This document shows, in pieces, positions 1-14,226 of a DNA stretch of 64,000 nt (the stretch's first letter is position 1; each line of letters starts with the position of its first letter). Source of the stretch: Rhodospirillaceae bacterium. Its GTDB lineage: Bacteria; Pseudomonadota; Alphaproteobacteria; TMED109. The notes beneath the pieces are model-generated. The model worked only from the letters and a program-made list of their open reading frames with translations. It made no database searches and had not been told where the DNA came from. The translations under genes were made by a program, and so were the position numbers. The DNA lies in NCBI GenBank assembly GCA_038143555.1, contig JAYQLZ010000003.1, positions 40,219-104,218 of the forward strand, written 5' to 3'.

Positions 1-1204
1 AATAGTAGTAGAACATGACGAAGAAGCAATTAAAGCTGCAGACTTTATTATAGATATAGGACCTTTAGCTGGAGTACATGGTGGAAAAATTGTAGCAAAA
101 GGTAATTTAAAAGAAATTTTAAAAAGCAAGGAAAGCTTAACCGCTCAATATTTATCAGGAAAAAAGAAAATTTTCATTCCACAAAAAAAGAAGAAAGGTT
201 CAAAATACTAAATGGCTTGAATTTCATGATGTTTCCACTAATAATTTAAAAAATATTAATGTAAAATTTCCTTTAGGAACACTTTGTAGCATAACAGGAG
301 TTTCTGGAAGTGGAAAATCAAGTTTGATAATTGATACAATTTATCCTGCACTATTTAATAAAATAAATCATTCTAATAAACAGACTGGGAATTTTAAAAA
401 AAATCATTGGAGACCATTATTTTGATAAAATAGTAAATATAACTCAGTCGCCTATAGGAAGAACTCCAAGGTCAAATCCTGCTACTTACACAGGAACATT
501 TACTCCTATTAGAGATTGGTTTGCTCTTTTACCTGAAGCTAAAGTAAGAGGTTATAAAGCAGGTAGATTTTCATTTAATACAAGCGGTGGTCGTTGTGAA
601 GCTTGTAGTGGAGATGGAGTAAAAAAAGTAGAAATGCACTTTCTTTCTGATATCTTTGTAAAATGTGAAGAGTGTAATGGATCAAGATACAATCAAGAAA
701 CCTTAGAAGTTAAATATAATAATAAAAATATCTCAGATATATTAAATTTATCAGTAGAAGATGCGCTAGAATTTTTTTAAAGCTATACCTAACATAAAAA
801 ATAAATTAAAAATGTTGTACAAGGTAGGATTGGGCTATATTAGTATAGGTCAGTCCGCTACTACATTATCTGGTGGTGAAGCACAAAGAATTAAAATAGC
901 TAAAGAACTTTCAAAAAAGGCGACTGGAAAAACTTTATACATTTTGGATGAACCTACTACAGGATTACACTTTGAGGATGTAAAAAAATTAATAGAAGTT
1001 CTTCAAGAACTTGTTAATAATGGTAATACAGTAATAGTTATAGAGCACAACTTAGATGTAATTAAATGTTCAGACTGGATAATAGATTTAGGCAAGGAAG
1101 GAGGGAATAATGGTGGTGAAATTATTGCTCAAGGCTCACCAGAAGAAATAGTCAAAATTAAAGAAAGTTATACAGGGTTATATTTATCAAAATATTTAAA
1201 TTAA
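1..1204 (+). CDS. uvrA: Excinuclease ABC subunit A, C-terminal part (5' truncated by window, frameshifted)
   Basis: [21 protein letters not shown] at window start, Walker [10 protein letters not shown], Zn finger [36 protein letters not shown]. Confidence 0.97.
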
Positions 1205-1575
1205 TTTTATTATAGATACTAAGTTTCTATTTTCTGATAATAAAACATTATGAGTGTTAAAAGCAGAATTAGTGCTCATAATTTCAAAATTATATTTTTG
1301 CTCTATTAAGTATTTTTTTAATTTTTCAGGTATTTTTTTTAAATTTTCTCCTGTGCCAAATAATATTATATCAAATTTTGATGTCTGAAGAATTTTATAT
1401 AAATGTTTAAGTATAGTTTCATCAAAAACATCTAAATTGTTATTTATAACTTTAATTTGCTCATTATAAAAAAATAGCAAATTATGATATTTTTTTTTAT
1501 CTATAATCACATAGTTGTTTCCATAAGCAGATATAAATGCTTTATTTTCTAAACTTTCAAATATCTACTTGTATA
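1196..1575 (-). CDS. Mth938/DUF498-like protein
   Basis: ORF 1196-1510 with [26 protein letters not shown] motif; the frame extends upstream ([11 protein letters not shown]), start uncertain; usual position after secF. Confidence 0.8.
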
Positions 1576-1576
1576 T

Positions 1577-2500
1577 TTATTCTTCTGTTTCCTTATTGGT
1601 TTTTCTAATTTTCATATTAAGCAAGATAGGAGTAGCAATTAAAATTGATGAATAAGTTCCAATAACGATTCCCCATATCATTGCTAAACTAAAATCTTTT
1701 ATAATGTTACCTCCAAATATAAACAGAGCTAATAAGGCTAAAATTGTAGTGGCTGTTGTATTTATAGTTCTAGATAAAGTTTCATTAATAGATTTATTTA
1801 GCAAAGAAAATGTATCTAATCTTTTAAATTTTTTCAAATTTTCTCTTACTCTATCATAAACTACAACTGTATCATTCATAGAATAACCTATAATTAATAA
1901 TATTGCTGCAACAGTAGATAAATTAAACTCTAAACTAGTTATAGAAAACATTCCTATGGTAAGAATTGTATCATGTATTAGAGCCAATACAGCACCTACA
2001 GCAAAAGGTAATTCAAATCTAAACCAAATGTAAATTAACATTGAAAAGATAGCTATTAATATAGCTATAATTCCAGTCATTATTAGCTCATTACTAACTG
2101 TAGGTCCAACGTACTCAATTCTTCTATAATCTACATTTCCTTCAAAATTATTTTGAATTTTTTCTTTTAATTTAGCAATTAATGTTTCTTGATTTTCTTT
2201 CATATCAGCACTTAATTCAATTTTAATTAAAAAATTATCATTAGAATTATCTAGTTTTTGTAATGTAAAATCTCCATAATTTAGTCCTGCTACACTATTT
2301 CTTAAACTTTCTAATTCTATATTATTCTCAAGTTTTATTTCTACTAACAGCCCACCTTTAAAATCAATTCCAAAATTCAGCTCTTTTATCCAAAGCGAAA
2401 ATATGGAAATAATTGCAAAAAAAAGTGATAAAATATAAAATTTTTTTCTATTTTCTATGAAACTGATTTTAGGAGTTTTTTTAATAAATCTAAATAACAC
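1577..2500 (-). CDS. secF: Protein translocase subunit SecF
   Basis: FGIDFKGG, YVGPTVS, IGYSMNDTVVVYDRVRE; downstream of secD. Confidence 0.97.
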   Translation of the reverse strand: MLFRFIKKTPKISFIENRKKFYILSLFFAIISIFSLWIKELNFGIDFKGGLLVEIKLENNIELESLRNSVAGLNYGDFTLQKLDNSNDNFLIKIELSADMKENQETLIAKLKEKIQNNFEGNVDYRRIEYVGPTVSNELIMTGIIAILIAIFSMLIYIWFRFELPFAVGAVLALIHDTILTIGMFSITSLEFNLSTVAAILLIIGYSMNDTVVVYDRVRENLKKFKRLDTFSLLNKSINETLSRTINTTATTILALLALFIFGGNIIKDFSLAMIWGIVIGTYSSILIATPILLNMKIRKTNKETEE

Positions 2501-2521
2501 TATTAAATCTCTATTTTTCTA

Positions 2522-4045
2522 TTAGGATTTAAGAATATAAAAATAATTTATTAAAAGTCTACTTATAATCATTGTACATAAAATAGTACTAACTACACCT
2601 AAGCCTAATGTAATTGAAAACCCTCTGATAGGGCCAGATCCTAAGAAAAATAATATTACAGCAGCAATTAATGTAGTAACATTTGCATCTAATATAGCTC
2701 TTAATGCTTGATCAAAACCTGTATTAATTGAGCTAATTTTACTTCTACCTAATATTTTTTCTTCACGTATTCTTTCAAAAACTAAGACGTTTGCATCAAC
2801 AGCCATTCCTACAGTCAAGGCAATACCAGCTATTCCTGGTAAAGTCAGCGTAGCTTGAAATAATACTAACCAGCCAATAATAAATAAAAAGTTTATAATC
2901 AAAACAAAGTTAGCAATTAATCCAATCTTTCCATATATTAAAATCATATAAATTAAAACTAAAGATAGTGCAATAATTACTGAAATTACTCCTGCATTTA
3001 TAGAGTCTTGTCCTAAACTAGGCCCAACTGTTCTCTCTTCTATAATACTAATTGGTGCTGGCAAAGATCCTGCTCTCAATAAAATAGCTAAATCATTAGC
3101 ACTATCAAATGAAAAATTACCTGAGATTTGAGCACTTCCTGATGGTATTGCCTCTCTAATTACTGGAGCTGAAATTACTTTTTTATCCAAAACTATAGCA
3201 AACCTCTTACCAACATTTTTTGCTGTTAAATCTGCAAATTTTCTTGAACCAATGCTATCAAATCTTATAGAAACAATAGGTCTATTAAATTGATCTACAG
3301 AAGCATTTGCATCAACTAAATTATCTCCACTAACTCCTATTCTTTTTTTAACAATATAATTAATACCAAAGTCATCTCCTTCTAAAATCTCTGACCCTAC
3401 AAAATATTTCTTTTCTCCAAGCAAACTCATTGCCTTTTCATCTACCATTCTAAAATTCATTTTTGCAGTCTGTCCTAATAAGCTTTTAATTCTATCTGGA
3501 TTTTCTAATCCAGGTAATTGTACTAGCACTCTTTGTTTACCTTGCACTTGAATAATAGGCTCATTAGTTCCTACTTCATCAACTCTTTTTCTAATTATTT
3601 CTAATGATTGCAATATTATAGAACTTTGAAACTCTCTAATAAACTGTTCAGTAAAATTAATTTTTGCTACACCTTTATCATAATCAACTTCTAATTGATT
3701 ATTTTCCTTAATTATATTTTCTAGCTTTTTAATTTCATCATCATTAACTTTTACAAAAATAATGTTATTCACTAACTTTAATTCTTGAGGCTGTATATCA
3801 GCTTTTGTTAGTTCTGTTCTAATATCCTCTGTTTGAGTTGCTAGCTTTTCTTGGATTGCTTTTTCTGTTTCTACCTGAAGTAATAGTTGTGATCCACCTT
3901 GTAAATCTAAACCCAACTTTAATTTATTTTTACCCCACCAATTTGGCAAATTATCGTCCAAATTAAATAAAGATGGTAAAGCAAAAAATATACTAAATAT
4001 TATTATTACAATAGAACTTATTAATTTAAAGGAATACTTCTTCAT
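2522..4045 (-). CDS. secD: Protein translocase subunit SecD
   Basis: LGLDLQGG, LRAGSLPAP, VGPSLG, GMAVDANVLVFERIREE. Confidence 0.98.
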   Translation of the reverse strand: MKKYSFKLISSIVIIIFSIFFALPSLFNLDDNLPNWWGKNKLKLGLDLQGGSQLLLQVETEKAIQEKLATQTEDIRTELTKADIQPQELKLVNNIIFVKVNDDEIKKLENIIKENNQLEVDYDKGVAKINFTEQFIREFQSSIILQSLEIIRKRVDEVGTNEPIIQVQGKQRVLVQLPGLENPDRIKSLLGQTAKMNFRMVDEKAMSLLGEKKYFVGSEILEGDDFGINYIVKKRIGVSGDNLVDANASVDQFNRPIVSIRFDSIGSRKFADLTAKNVGKRFAIVLDKKVISAPVIREAIPSGSAQISGNFSFDSANDLAILLRAGSLPAPISIIEERTVGPSLGQDSINAGVISVIIALSLVLIYMILIYGKIGLIANFVLIINFLFIIGWLVLFQATLTLPGIAGIALTVGMAVDANVLVFERIREEKILGRSKISSINTGFDQALRAILDANVTTLIAAVILFFLGSGPIRGFSITLGLGVVSTILCTMIISRLLINYFYILKS

Positions 4046-4063
4046 TTAATCTTTACCTAAAAT

Positions 4064-4390
4064 TTAATTTTTTTGATTACTATTTTCTAGTAATTCCACT
4101 ATGGTATCTCTTTTAATTTTCACATCAACATTATTTGAAATATTTACTGTTATAAAAATATCATCATTTAATTTAACTACTTTACCTACTATTCCTCCTG
4201 ATGTAACCACTGATGAACCAACTTTTAATGAATTAACCATTTCCTTATGCTGCTTTACCCTTTTTTGTTGAGGTCTGATCAAAAGAAAGTAAAAAACTAC
4301 AAAGATTAAAATTAATGGTAGTAATTGAACTAAAAGCCCTTGTCCTCCACTTGCCCCTGCAGCCTGGGCATATGCAAAATTTATAATCAT
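4064..4390 (-). CDS. yajC: Preprotein translocase subunit YajC
   Basis: FYFLLIRPQQKR..VVTSGGIVG; upstream of secDF. Confidence 0.97.
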   Translation of the reverse strand: MIINFAYAQAAGASGGQGLLVQLLPLILIFVVFYFLLIRPQQKRVKQHKEMVNSLKVGSSVVTSGGIVGKVVKLNDDIFITVNISNNVDVKIKRDTIVELLENSNQKN

Positions 4391-4521
4391 AAATAACTCC
4401 TATTTTAAAATAATATACATTTCAGTTTCTGTATTGCAAGAAATGAATATTTTAGATACTTTTTAACAATAAACAATAATTTTATAAATAATTTATACAT
4501 ATTTAAACTTTTAAGTTAATC

Positions 4522-5283
4522 ATGACACATTAATTCTTTTAAAAAAAAAATATTAGCTTGGGATGAGTTTGATAAAGATTTTTACATATTAGAAAATAGT
4601 ATAAATACAAAAATTGAAGACCTTCTATTTATAGAAAAACAAAAACAAATTCTTTTAGAAAATACTATTTTATTTGCTCAAGGAATGCCATCAAATAATG
4701 GTTTACTCTGGGGAGCAAGAGGTACTGGAAAATCCTCCCTTATTTTTAGTGTTTTTAATTATGTTAAAGAAAAATATAATATTGCATTGCTAGAAATAAA
4801 AGAAATCAATTGAAATATATTAACTCTATTTTACGTCAACTTAATAATATTGATCAAAAAATTATTATTTTTTTTGATGACTTTTCCTTTGCTGCTAATA
4901 GTGATGACTTTATAATTTTCAAAAATATCTTAGATGGAGCTGTCAGTAGAAATTTGAATTTTTTATTTTATACAACTTCTAATTTCAGAAGTATAATTCA
5001 ACATAATAATAAATCAAATATGGATATGATTGAACAACAAGAAGCATTAGATAATGAAACAGCTCTATCAGATAGATTTGGAATCTGGTTAGGTTTTGAA
5101 AAATTTACAAATAATCAATATTTAGAAATCGTAAATTATTATTGTTTAAAATTTAATATTAAAAATGATAAAAATATTATAACCAGTAAAGCTTTGCAAT
5201 GGTCATTAAATAGAGGCAGCAAAATCAGGTAGAGAAGCCTATCATTTTGTAAAAAGCTTACATAATAAAAAAATTTAATATTA
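4522..5283 (+). CDS. DUF815-family AAA+ ATP-binding protein (frameshifted)
   Basis: NGLLWGARGTGKSSL Walker A read upstream of ORF 4810-5232; FFDDFSF, LSDRFGIWLGF; conserved position divergent from yajC. Confidence 0.85.
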
Positions 5284-6162
5284 AGGTTTTTTAAAAATTT
5301 AATTGGATCTAATGGTTTAGAATTTTTTCTAACTTGAAAATGAAGTTGGCTTTTATTGACATTACCTGTTCACCTACAGAAGCAATAATATCTCCTGTTT
5401 TTATAATTTCACCTTTTCTTACTAATAACTTATCTAAATGAGCATATGCTGTTGTCCAATTATTTTTATGCTTTATAATAATTAAATTTCCCCACGCTAA
5501 TAATTCATTGCCTCTATAAATCACCTTACCACTCATTGCTGCTCTTACAGGATTTCCTTTAACTGATATAATATTAATTCCATCATTTTTTCTACCTCCT
5601 TTTTGTTTTCCAAAATAGGTAATTATACTTCCTTGTACAGGCCATATAAAAATTTCTTCAGATTTTATTGAGCTTTTTTTTAATGTTATATTTTTTTCAA
5701 TTTTTTTATTTTTAAGCTTACACTTATTTATAGAGTAATAAGGTAAATTTATTACAGATCCTACTATTAACTTTTTTTCATTTATATTAGTATTTTTATT
5801 TTTAATCTCTAAAATATTAGTGGAACTACATTTAGCTATTTTATATAGTGTATCACCTTTTTTAATTTTATATCTTTTTGGCACTGGGATTTTAATAAAC
5901 TTTCCAGGTTTTAATATATAAGGATATTTAATTTTATTAAATCTTATTAGTTCTTTTTAGTAACTTCATATTTTTTAGAAATAGAATCTAATGTATCACC
6001 AGTTACTATTTTTATTTTTTTACTTTTAGTTTTTTTATTGATTTCGTTACTATCATAAATTCCTTTAACTATATCTGTTACTATTGGTCCCTTACTGCAA
6101 TTATTTAAAAGCAGTGATAAGATAAAAAATATAAGTAAATAGAAAAAATTTTTTTTTCTCAT
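5281..6162 (-). CDS. nlpD: LysM/M23 peptidase lipoprotein, NlpD-like (frameshifted)
   Basis: Lipobox-like LNNC, two LysM repeats (GDTL), FIWPVQG..NDGINI..YAHL M23 domain; follows surE-pcm. Confidence 0.85.
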
Positions 6163-6757
6163 ATCAAATCACTATTAATTAATAAATCACAATTACAGTT
6201 TTGATTAGCTTTAATATTTTCTTTATCTATTCTTATCATACTGATTTTATTGTTTTCACTGATACTTGGAATAATTCCCTGCCCTTTGTCAGATAATTGG
6301 CTAATTATATCAGCAAATGAAAAATTATTTTTTTCAAATATAAAAATTAAATCAAAAGGAGCTACTTTACTCCATGAAAGAATATTTTCTCCATGGATAA
6401 ATAAATATTTTTATAATTATTATTCAAAAAAAAAATTCTTCTAGTTTTTTTTTTTGTGCCATACAATTACATATTCCATAAACACGTTTACAAAAATTTG
6501 TTAACAATAAAAGTAACCATCCACTTTTTAATCCCAGCAATAAAATATTTTCATTTTTAAAATTATCTTTCAAACTTAATTGCAAAAGTTTTGCTATCTC
6601 TAATACTTCATCAATATCAATTTTTTTAATATCATTGCTTGGATTAAAAAGATTATAATAAAAATGTGGAGGTATTTTTTCTATAGCCCCTAAAATCTTA
6701 TCATTTTTAATACCTATACTTCTTAATTTTAATAATATTTGAATTAAATACTCTTGA

Positions 6758-6765
<8 letters not shown>
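6159..6765 (-). CDS. pcm: Divergent protein-L-isoaspartate O-methyltransferase-like protein (frameshifted)
   Basis: LRSIGIKNDKILGAIEKIP N-terminus and W..VAPFDLI segment; sits between surE and nlpD; SAM motif degenerate. Confidence 0.65.
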
Positions 6766-8800
<2,035 letters not shown>

Positions 8801-8803
8801 AAA

Positions 8804-9652
8804 CTACTCACTGTAATCAGTATCTCCAATATTTTTTTTAATTTTATTTTTTCTTTTATTCTGATCTTTTTTTTTCTCAAAAAATTTTGCTAATATAATT
8901 GAGATTTCAAATAAAATAATTATAGGTATCCCTAAACCAATTTGACTAATTAAATCTGGAGGCGTTAATATTGCAGCAACTACAAAGGCTAGTACTATTG
9001 CATACTTTCTTCTTTTCTTTAAGTCATCACTATGCACTATACCCGCTCTAGACAATAAAGTTAATGCAACAGGTATCTGGAAAGCTAGTCCAAATGCAAA
9101 CATTAGCTTTAAAACTAAAGATAAGTATTCATTAACTTTTGCCTCTAACTCTATAGCCATTCCAGACTCTATGGTACTAGTTTGAAAACCTAAAAAGAAT
9201 CTCCAAGCTAGAGGAAAAATAAAATAATAAACTAAAGCTGCTCCTGAACCAAATAACACTGGGGTAGCAATTAAAAAAGGCAGAAAGGCTTTTTTTTCTT
9301 CTTTATACAATCCTGGTGCTGCAAATTTATAAATTTGCAGTGCTATTATTGGAAAAGATATAAAAAGTGCACCGTAAAAAGAAACCTTTAAGAAAGTAAA
9401 AAAAGCTTCTGTCAAGGCAGTATAAATCATCCTAGGGTTCTCAATACCTTTTTCAATGTAGATATCATACAAAGGAGCTACCAAAAACTTATAAATATCA
9501 GTAGCAAAATAATAACAAAAACAAAATGAGACAAAGAAAAATAATACTGCCCATTTTAATCTATCTCTTAATTCTATTAAATGTGAAATTAGTGGGGCTC
9601 TAGAGTCCTCAATATTAATATCTTGGTTACTATTTTTATTGTCTTTATTCAT
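8804..9652 (-). CDS. tatC: Twin-arginine translocase TatC
   Basis: HLIELR, FAAPGLY..EK, AAILTPPD. Confidence 0.97.
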   Translation of the reverse strand: MNKDNKNSNQDINIEDSRAPLISHLIELRDRLKWAVLFFFVSFCFCYYFATDIYKFLVAPLYDIYIEKGIENPRMIYTALTEAFFTFLKVSFYGALFISFPIIALQIYKFAAPGLYKEEKKAFLPFLIATPVLFGSGAALVYYFIFPLAWRFFLGFQTSTIESGMAIELEAKVNEYLSLVLKLMFAFGLAFQIPVALTLLSRAGIVHSDDLKKRRKYAIVLAFVVAAILTPPDLISQIGLGIPIIILFEISIILAKFFEKKKDQNKRKNKIKKNIGDTDYSE

Positions 9653-9764
9653 TTGTACTATTAGATATTTAGAGAACTAATTATAAATTATATTCTATTA
9701 TAAATTTAATAAAAATTATTTAAACTTTAGCTAAATACAGAATAAAAAAATTATAGTTAAACAA

Positions 9765-9995
9765 TTAACTTTTTTTCTTTTTAGATGCCGAGGTTTTAGT
9801 TCTTTTAGCTTTCTTACTAGATACTACCTCCTCTGCTGATGCTTCTATTTCTTCATTTTCACCCTCTTTCATTCCAGCTTTAAAACTTTTAATACCTTTA
9901 GCTACATCTCCCATAACTCTAGGTATTTTTCCTGCCCCAAATAAAATTAATATAATTACTAAAACTAAAACAATTTGCCAAATACTTATTCCCAT
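9765..9995 (-). CDS. tatA: Twin-arginine translocase TatA
   Basis: N-terminal [24 protein letters not shown] amphipathic helix. Confidence 0.95.
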   Translation of the reverse strand: MGISIWQIVLVLVIILILFGAGKIPRVMGDVAKGIKSFKAGMKEGENEEIEASAEEVVSSKKAKRTKTSASKKKKS

Positions 9996-10054
9996 TAAAA
10001 TCTCCTATTTATTAAGAATTTATATAATATTTCACTTGTGGGCAACGAAATTTT

Positions 10055-11099
10055 TTATTCTTGAAAAATAAATATATCTTTTTTACTAGCATTTACCCTA
10101 ATATACTGATTTTTTTTAAGCTCTCTTTTACAATTTGTAATATTTAATATTGGAAATTTTACTCCTAAATCTAATTGATAAGCCCAACTAGCGCCTAAAA
10201 AGTATTTGTTTATAACTTTTGCTTTAACTCCTCTTTTACTGATAATTATGTTTTCTGGTCTTATTATACAAAAATGTTTTTTTTGCTGGCAAAATTTATT
10301 TATGCTTGTGCATTTATTACAGCTTACACTGCCAAAAGGAGTAAATAATTTACCTTTAGCATCTGCCTTTATTTCAAATTGATTGGTTGATCCTAACATA
10401 TTTACAACACACTTATTTTTAGGACTATTATAAAGTTTTTTAGGCGAGTCAATTTGAAGGATTTTTCCTTCTTTCATAACTATAATTCTATCACTAACAC
10501 TCATTGCATCTTCAACATCATGTGTCACAAAAATAACTGGTATATTATTTTTTTTAAGGTTTCTAAAGTATAATTGCATATTTCTTTTCTTAAATTAATA
10601 TCTAAATTAGAAAAGGGTTCATCCATAAGCAATGCTTGGGCTTTGTTATTAAAACTCTTGCTAGTGCCACTCTTTGTTTTTCTCCACCTGATAAAGAGTT
10701 GGGAAAGTTATTTTTCTTTTCTAGCAGATTAAATTCTTTTAAGTAATGTAAAACCCTTTTTTCTTTTTCTTTATAAGAAGTCTGTTCTAATCCAAATGCA
10801 ATATTTTTATATACTGTCAAATGAGGAAATAATACATCTTCCTGAAACATAAGCGCTATATTTCTCTGTCCCGTAGGAACAATATTTTTGTTTGAAGAAA
10901 TTAATTTATTAGAAAAATAAACATAACCTTCAGTAGGCTTTATTAAACCTGCAATAATTCTAAGAATACTTGATTTTCCTGCCCCAGAAGGTCCTAATAT
11001 TGAAACAACTTCTCTTTTATTTAAGGAAAAAGTAATATTTTGCAGTATATTCAATTTATTTAACGTTAACGATACTTTTTCTAAATTAATTATACTCAT
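10055..11099 (-). CDS. Fe3+-type ABC transporter ATP-binding protein (frameshifted)
   Basis: GPSGAGKS, LSGGEKQRVALAR, MDEPF in shifted frame, FVTHD, C-terminal TOBE-like region; follows the permease. Confidence 0.9.
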
Positions 11100-12740
11100 T
11101 AGTTTTCTTCTCTGTCATTAAGTATTTTATATATAAAAAGTAATGGGAAAAGCCCAATTATAGTAATTAAAAGTGCAGGCAAAGCAGCTTGAGCAAGCTG
11201 TTCTGAGCTTGCATACTCAAAGGTTAATACTGATAAAGTGTTGTAATTAAAAGGTCTTAGAATTAAGGTTATTGGTAACTCTTTTAAAATATCAATAAAT
11301 ATAAGCAAAAAAGCAACTAAACAGGAACTAATTATCATAGGCAAATGAATTTTAAACAATAATGTTTGTTTATTAGCTCCTAAATTTAAAGCAGAGTAGT
11401 CTATTTTTTCACTAACTTTTTCTAAACCAGACTCAATAGGATTAAATGCAACAGATAAAAATCTGATCATATAAGCAAAAATTAAAATTGTAATTGATCC
11501 ACTTAAAATTAATCCAATATCTTTTCCAAAATAGGAGAAAAATTGATTTATTTGTTTATCAACAAATAATGAAGGAGAAATTACTCCAATTGCAATAACA
11601 ATACCTGGTGCAGCATATCCAATCTTAGAAAAATTTATAATAAAAGAGAGTATATTTATTTTAAAAGCACGCTTAGTAAAAATAATAAATGTAGCAAAAG
11701 AAATTATTACAAACGCACCTATAAATGCGACTTTAAAGCTATTAAAGGCTGCATAGAAAACTGTGTTTATACTACTAAATGATTGCAAATTAACATTAGT
11801 AATTAACCAAAAAATTGGAACTACAAATGATAAAAATACAATTGCAAATAGAAAAAAAATAGGAAAGGTTATTTTGGAATTAAATAAAGAATTAACGCCT
11901 TTATATTGTCCTAAACTAGTATAGTTTTCTTTTTTATTTCTTCTTAGGTATTTTTCAATTAAAATTACACTTAATGTAAAAATTAATAATACTACTGAAA
12001 GTCTTGCAGAACTTTGCAAGTCATCAAAACCAAACCATGCTTTGTAAATACCTACAGATAATGTATTAATACCAAGGTAACTTACTACTCCAAAATCAGC
12101 AAGTGTCTCCATTATAACTAAAGTTATACCAGCTACTAAAGCTGGTCTTGAGATAGGCAAAGCAAAATTAAAAAAAGTTTTATTTTTGATACTCCAAGGT
12201 TAGCTGCTGACTCAATAATTTTAAGCGCATTATTTTGAAAAGAATATTTTAATATTAAAAATATATATGGAAACAAAGTTAATGATAAAACAAAAATACA
12301 TCCCATTAAAGATCTTACATTAAGCATTGATAAATGAGACTCTCCTAAATTTACAGCAGATAAAATATTATCTATACTTCCACCTTTATCAGTGATAGCG
12401 GCATAACAATAAGCCACAGCATATGGAGGTATGGCAATTGGTAATACTAAAAGAGTAGATATTAATTTTTTAAAAGGTAAATCATAAAAAACTAGAAACC
12501 AAGCTGCTAGCAGCCCTATAAATAAAGTTAATGCTACTACACCTATTACTAAAACTAGTGAATTTAAGACATATGAGACAATCAAATAGTTATAAATATG
12601 AGCCCATACTTCATTATTTACTTTAAAAGAAGAAAAAAAAATTACCAACAATGGGGTTGATACAATTATTGCAAAAAATAAATGTTCCCATTAACCAAAA
12701 ATTAAACAAGTTGTGTTCTTTTTTTATTATAATTTTCTTA
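11099..12740 (-). CDS. Fe3+ ABC transporter permease, FbpB/FutB type (frameshifted; start approximate)
   Basis: METLADFGVVSYLG, LKELPITLILRPFNYNTL; duplicated permease domains. Confidence 0.88.
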
Positions 12741-12780
12741 CTCCTCTAAGAAAAATTATAATAAATAAAAGATTATATAA

Positions 12781-12807
12781 TGTAAATGATAATAATTAAC
12801 ATTTGCA
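12781..12807. promoter_or_regulatory. Fur-type iron box
   Basis: TGTAAATGATAATAATTAACATTTGCA is a near-perfect 27-bp palindrome; core TGATAAT-A-ATTAACA has one mismatch to the 7-1-7 Fur box; directly upstream of the iron permease. Confidence 0.7.
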
Positions 12808-12816
12808 ACTAGCTTA

Positions 12817-13379
12817 TTATTGCTTTGAAATCTCTAGCTTTAAACTATCACCTTTAGCAAGAAGGCCTGATTCTAATAATTCTCTTTTTGAAGGTAAATC
12901 TTTTATAGAATTTAAATTAAAATATATTAAAAAATCTCTAGTTGTATGCCAAAGTTGTGGTCTTCCTGGAACTTCTTTTCTTCCTTTTGATACAATCCAT
13001 TCATTATTAAATAAAATTTCAAAAATTCCTGAATGTGTTGAAACACCTCTTATTTCTTCTATCTCTGGTTTAGTAATAGGTTGAAAATAAGCTATTATAG
13101 ATAATGTTTCCATAGCAGCTTTAGATAATTTTTTCTTACTACTTTATGTTCTTTCAAATAATCAGAAATATCAGTAGCAGTTTCAAAGAACCATGTATTA
13201 TCAATTTCTCTTAAAACTATACCCCTATTCTGATAAAATTTTTGTAAATCATACAAAACTTTTTTAATATCTTTAACGTTAGGAAGTTTCTTCTTTAATT
13301 CCGTAATACTAATAGATTTTTCACTAGCAAAAATAAGTGCTTCTATAATTCTAATTTCTTCTTTTTTAACATTGCTCAT
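12817..13379 (-). CDS. scpB: SMC-Scp complex subunit ScpB (frameshifted)
   Basis: IEALIFAS, ETLSIIAYFQPIT, GRKEVPGRP.LW.TT. Confidence 0.95.
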
Positions 13380-13381
13380 AA

Positions 13382-14169
13382 TTATTTTCTTTTTTTAAGA
13401 AGAATTTCTCCAAACTCCTTTTCCTGTCTTAATTGTATTTCTCCTTGTTTAGCTAATTCCAAAGATGCTGCTATTGTAGCAACCATCGCTATTTTAAACT
13501 CATTTTTAAATTTTTGAGTTCCATTAAACTTTGGATAAAAAGCATTTATAGATGTCCAATCTTTAAATAATTTATATAATTCTCTTATTCTTTCTATAGC
13601 ATTTTCAATATTATAATAATTGTTTGTAATTAAGTTAATAGTTTTAGAAGCCTTTCTATTAAAAATATTTGCAAAGCATATAATAAGGTTTTTAGAACTA
13701 CAATAATATTCAGTTTCTAGCATAATTGATTGATCTAGAATTTGACCTTTAAGAAATCTGGCTTCATTTAATAATTTTCTTTTAGAAATATTATCTGCAC
13801 ACTTTCTTATAGCATTCAATCTCTTTAAGTTAAATTCTAAAATTTCAGGTAATGGAGTATTATCTTTATTTTTCTCATCTTGATCAGGAAGTAGCATTTT
13901 CGATTTTATATATGCCAGAATAGCTGCCATTACTAGGTAGTCAGAAGCAATATGTAAATCTAATTCTTTAGCTTTTTTAATAAAACTAAGATATTGATCT
14001 ACTAGCTCTAAAATAGAAATTTTTGTGATATCTAGTTTTTTGTCTGTGCTAACTGCAAAAGAAGGTCTAAAGGTCCATTAAAACCATCAATGTCAAGATT
14101 AAGAATAAAGTTATTTTCTTTACTTAATTCATCTTTCTCATCAAAATTTTTATTGTCTATATGATACAA
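13382..14169 (-). CDS. scpA: Segregation/condensation protein ScpA (frameshifted)
   Basis: DGFNGPLDLLLQL and ASDYLVMAA.LAYIKSKMLLP, C-terminal ASLELAKQG. Confidence 0.92.
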
Positions 14170-14226
14170 CTATTAGTACTCCCTTATAATTCTAATACTA
14201 TATATATTAATTACTAAGGTAAAGTA

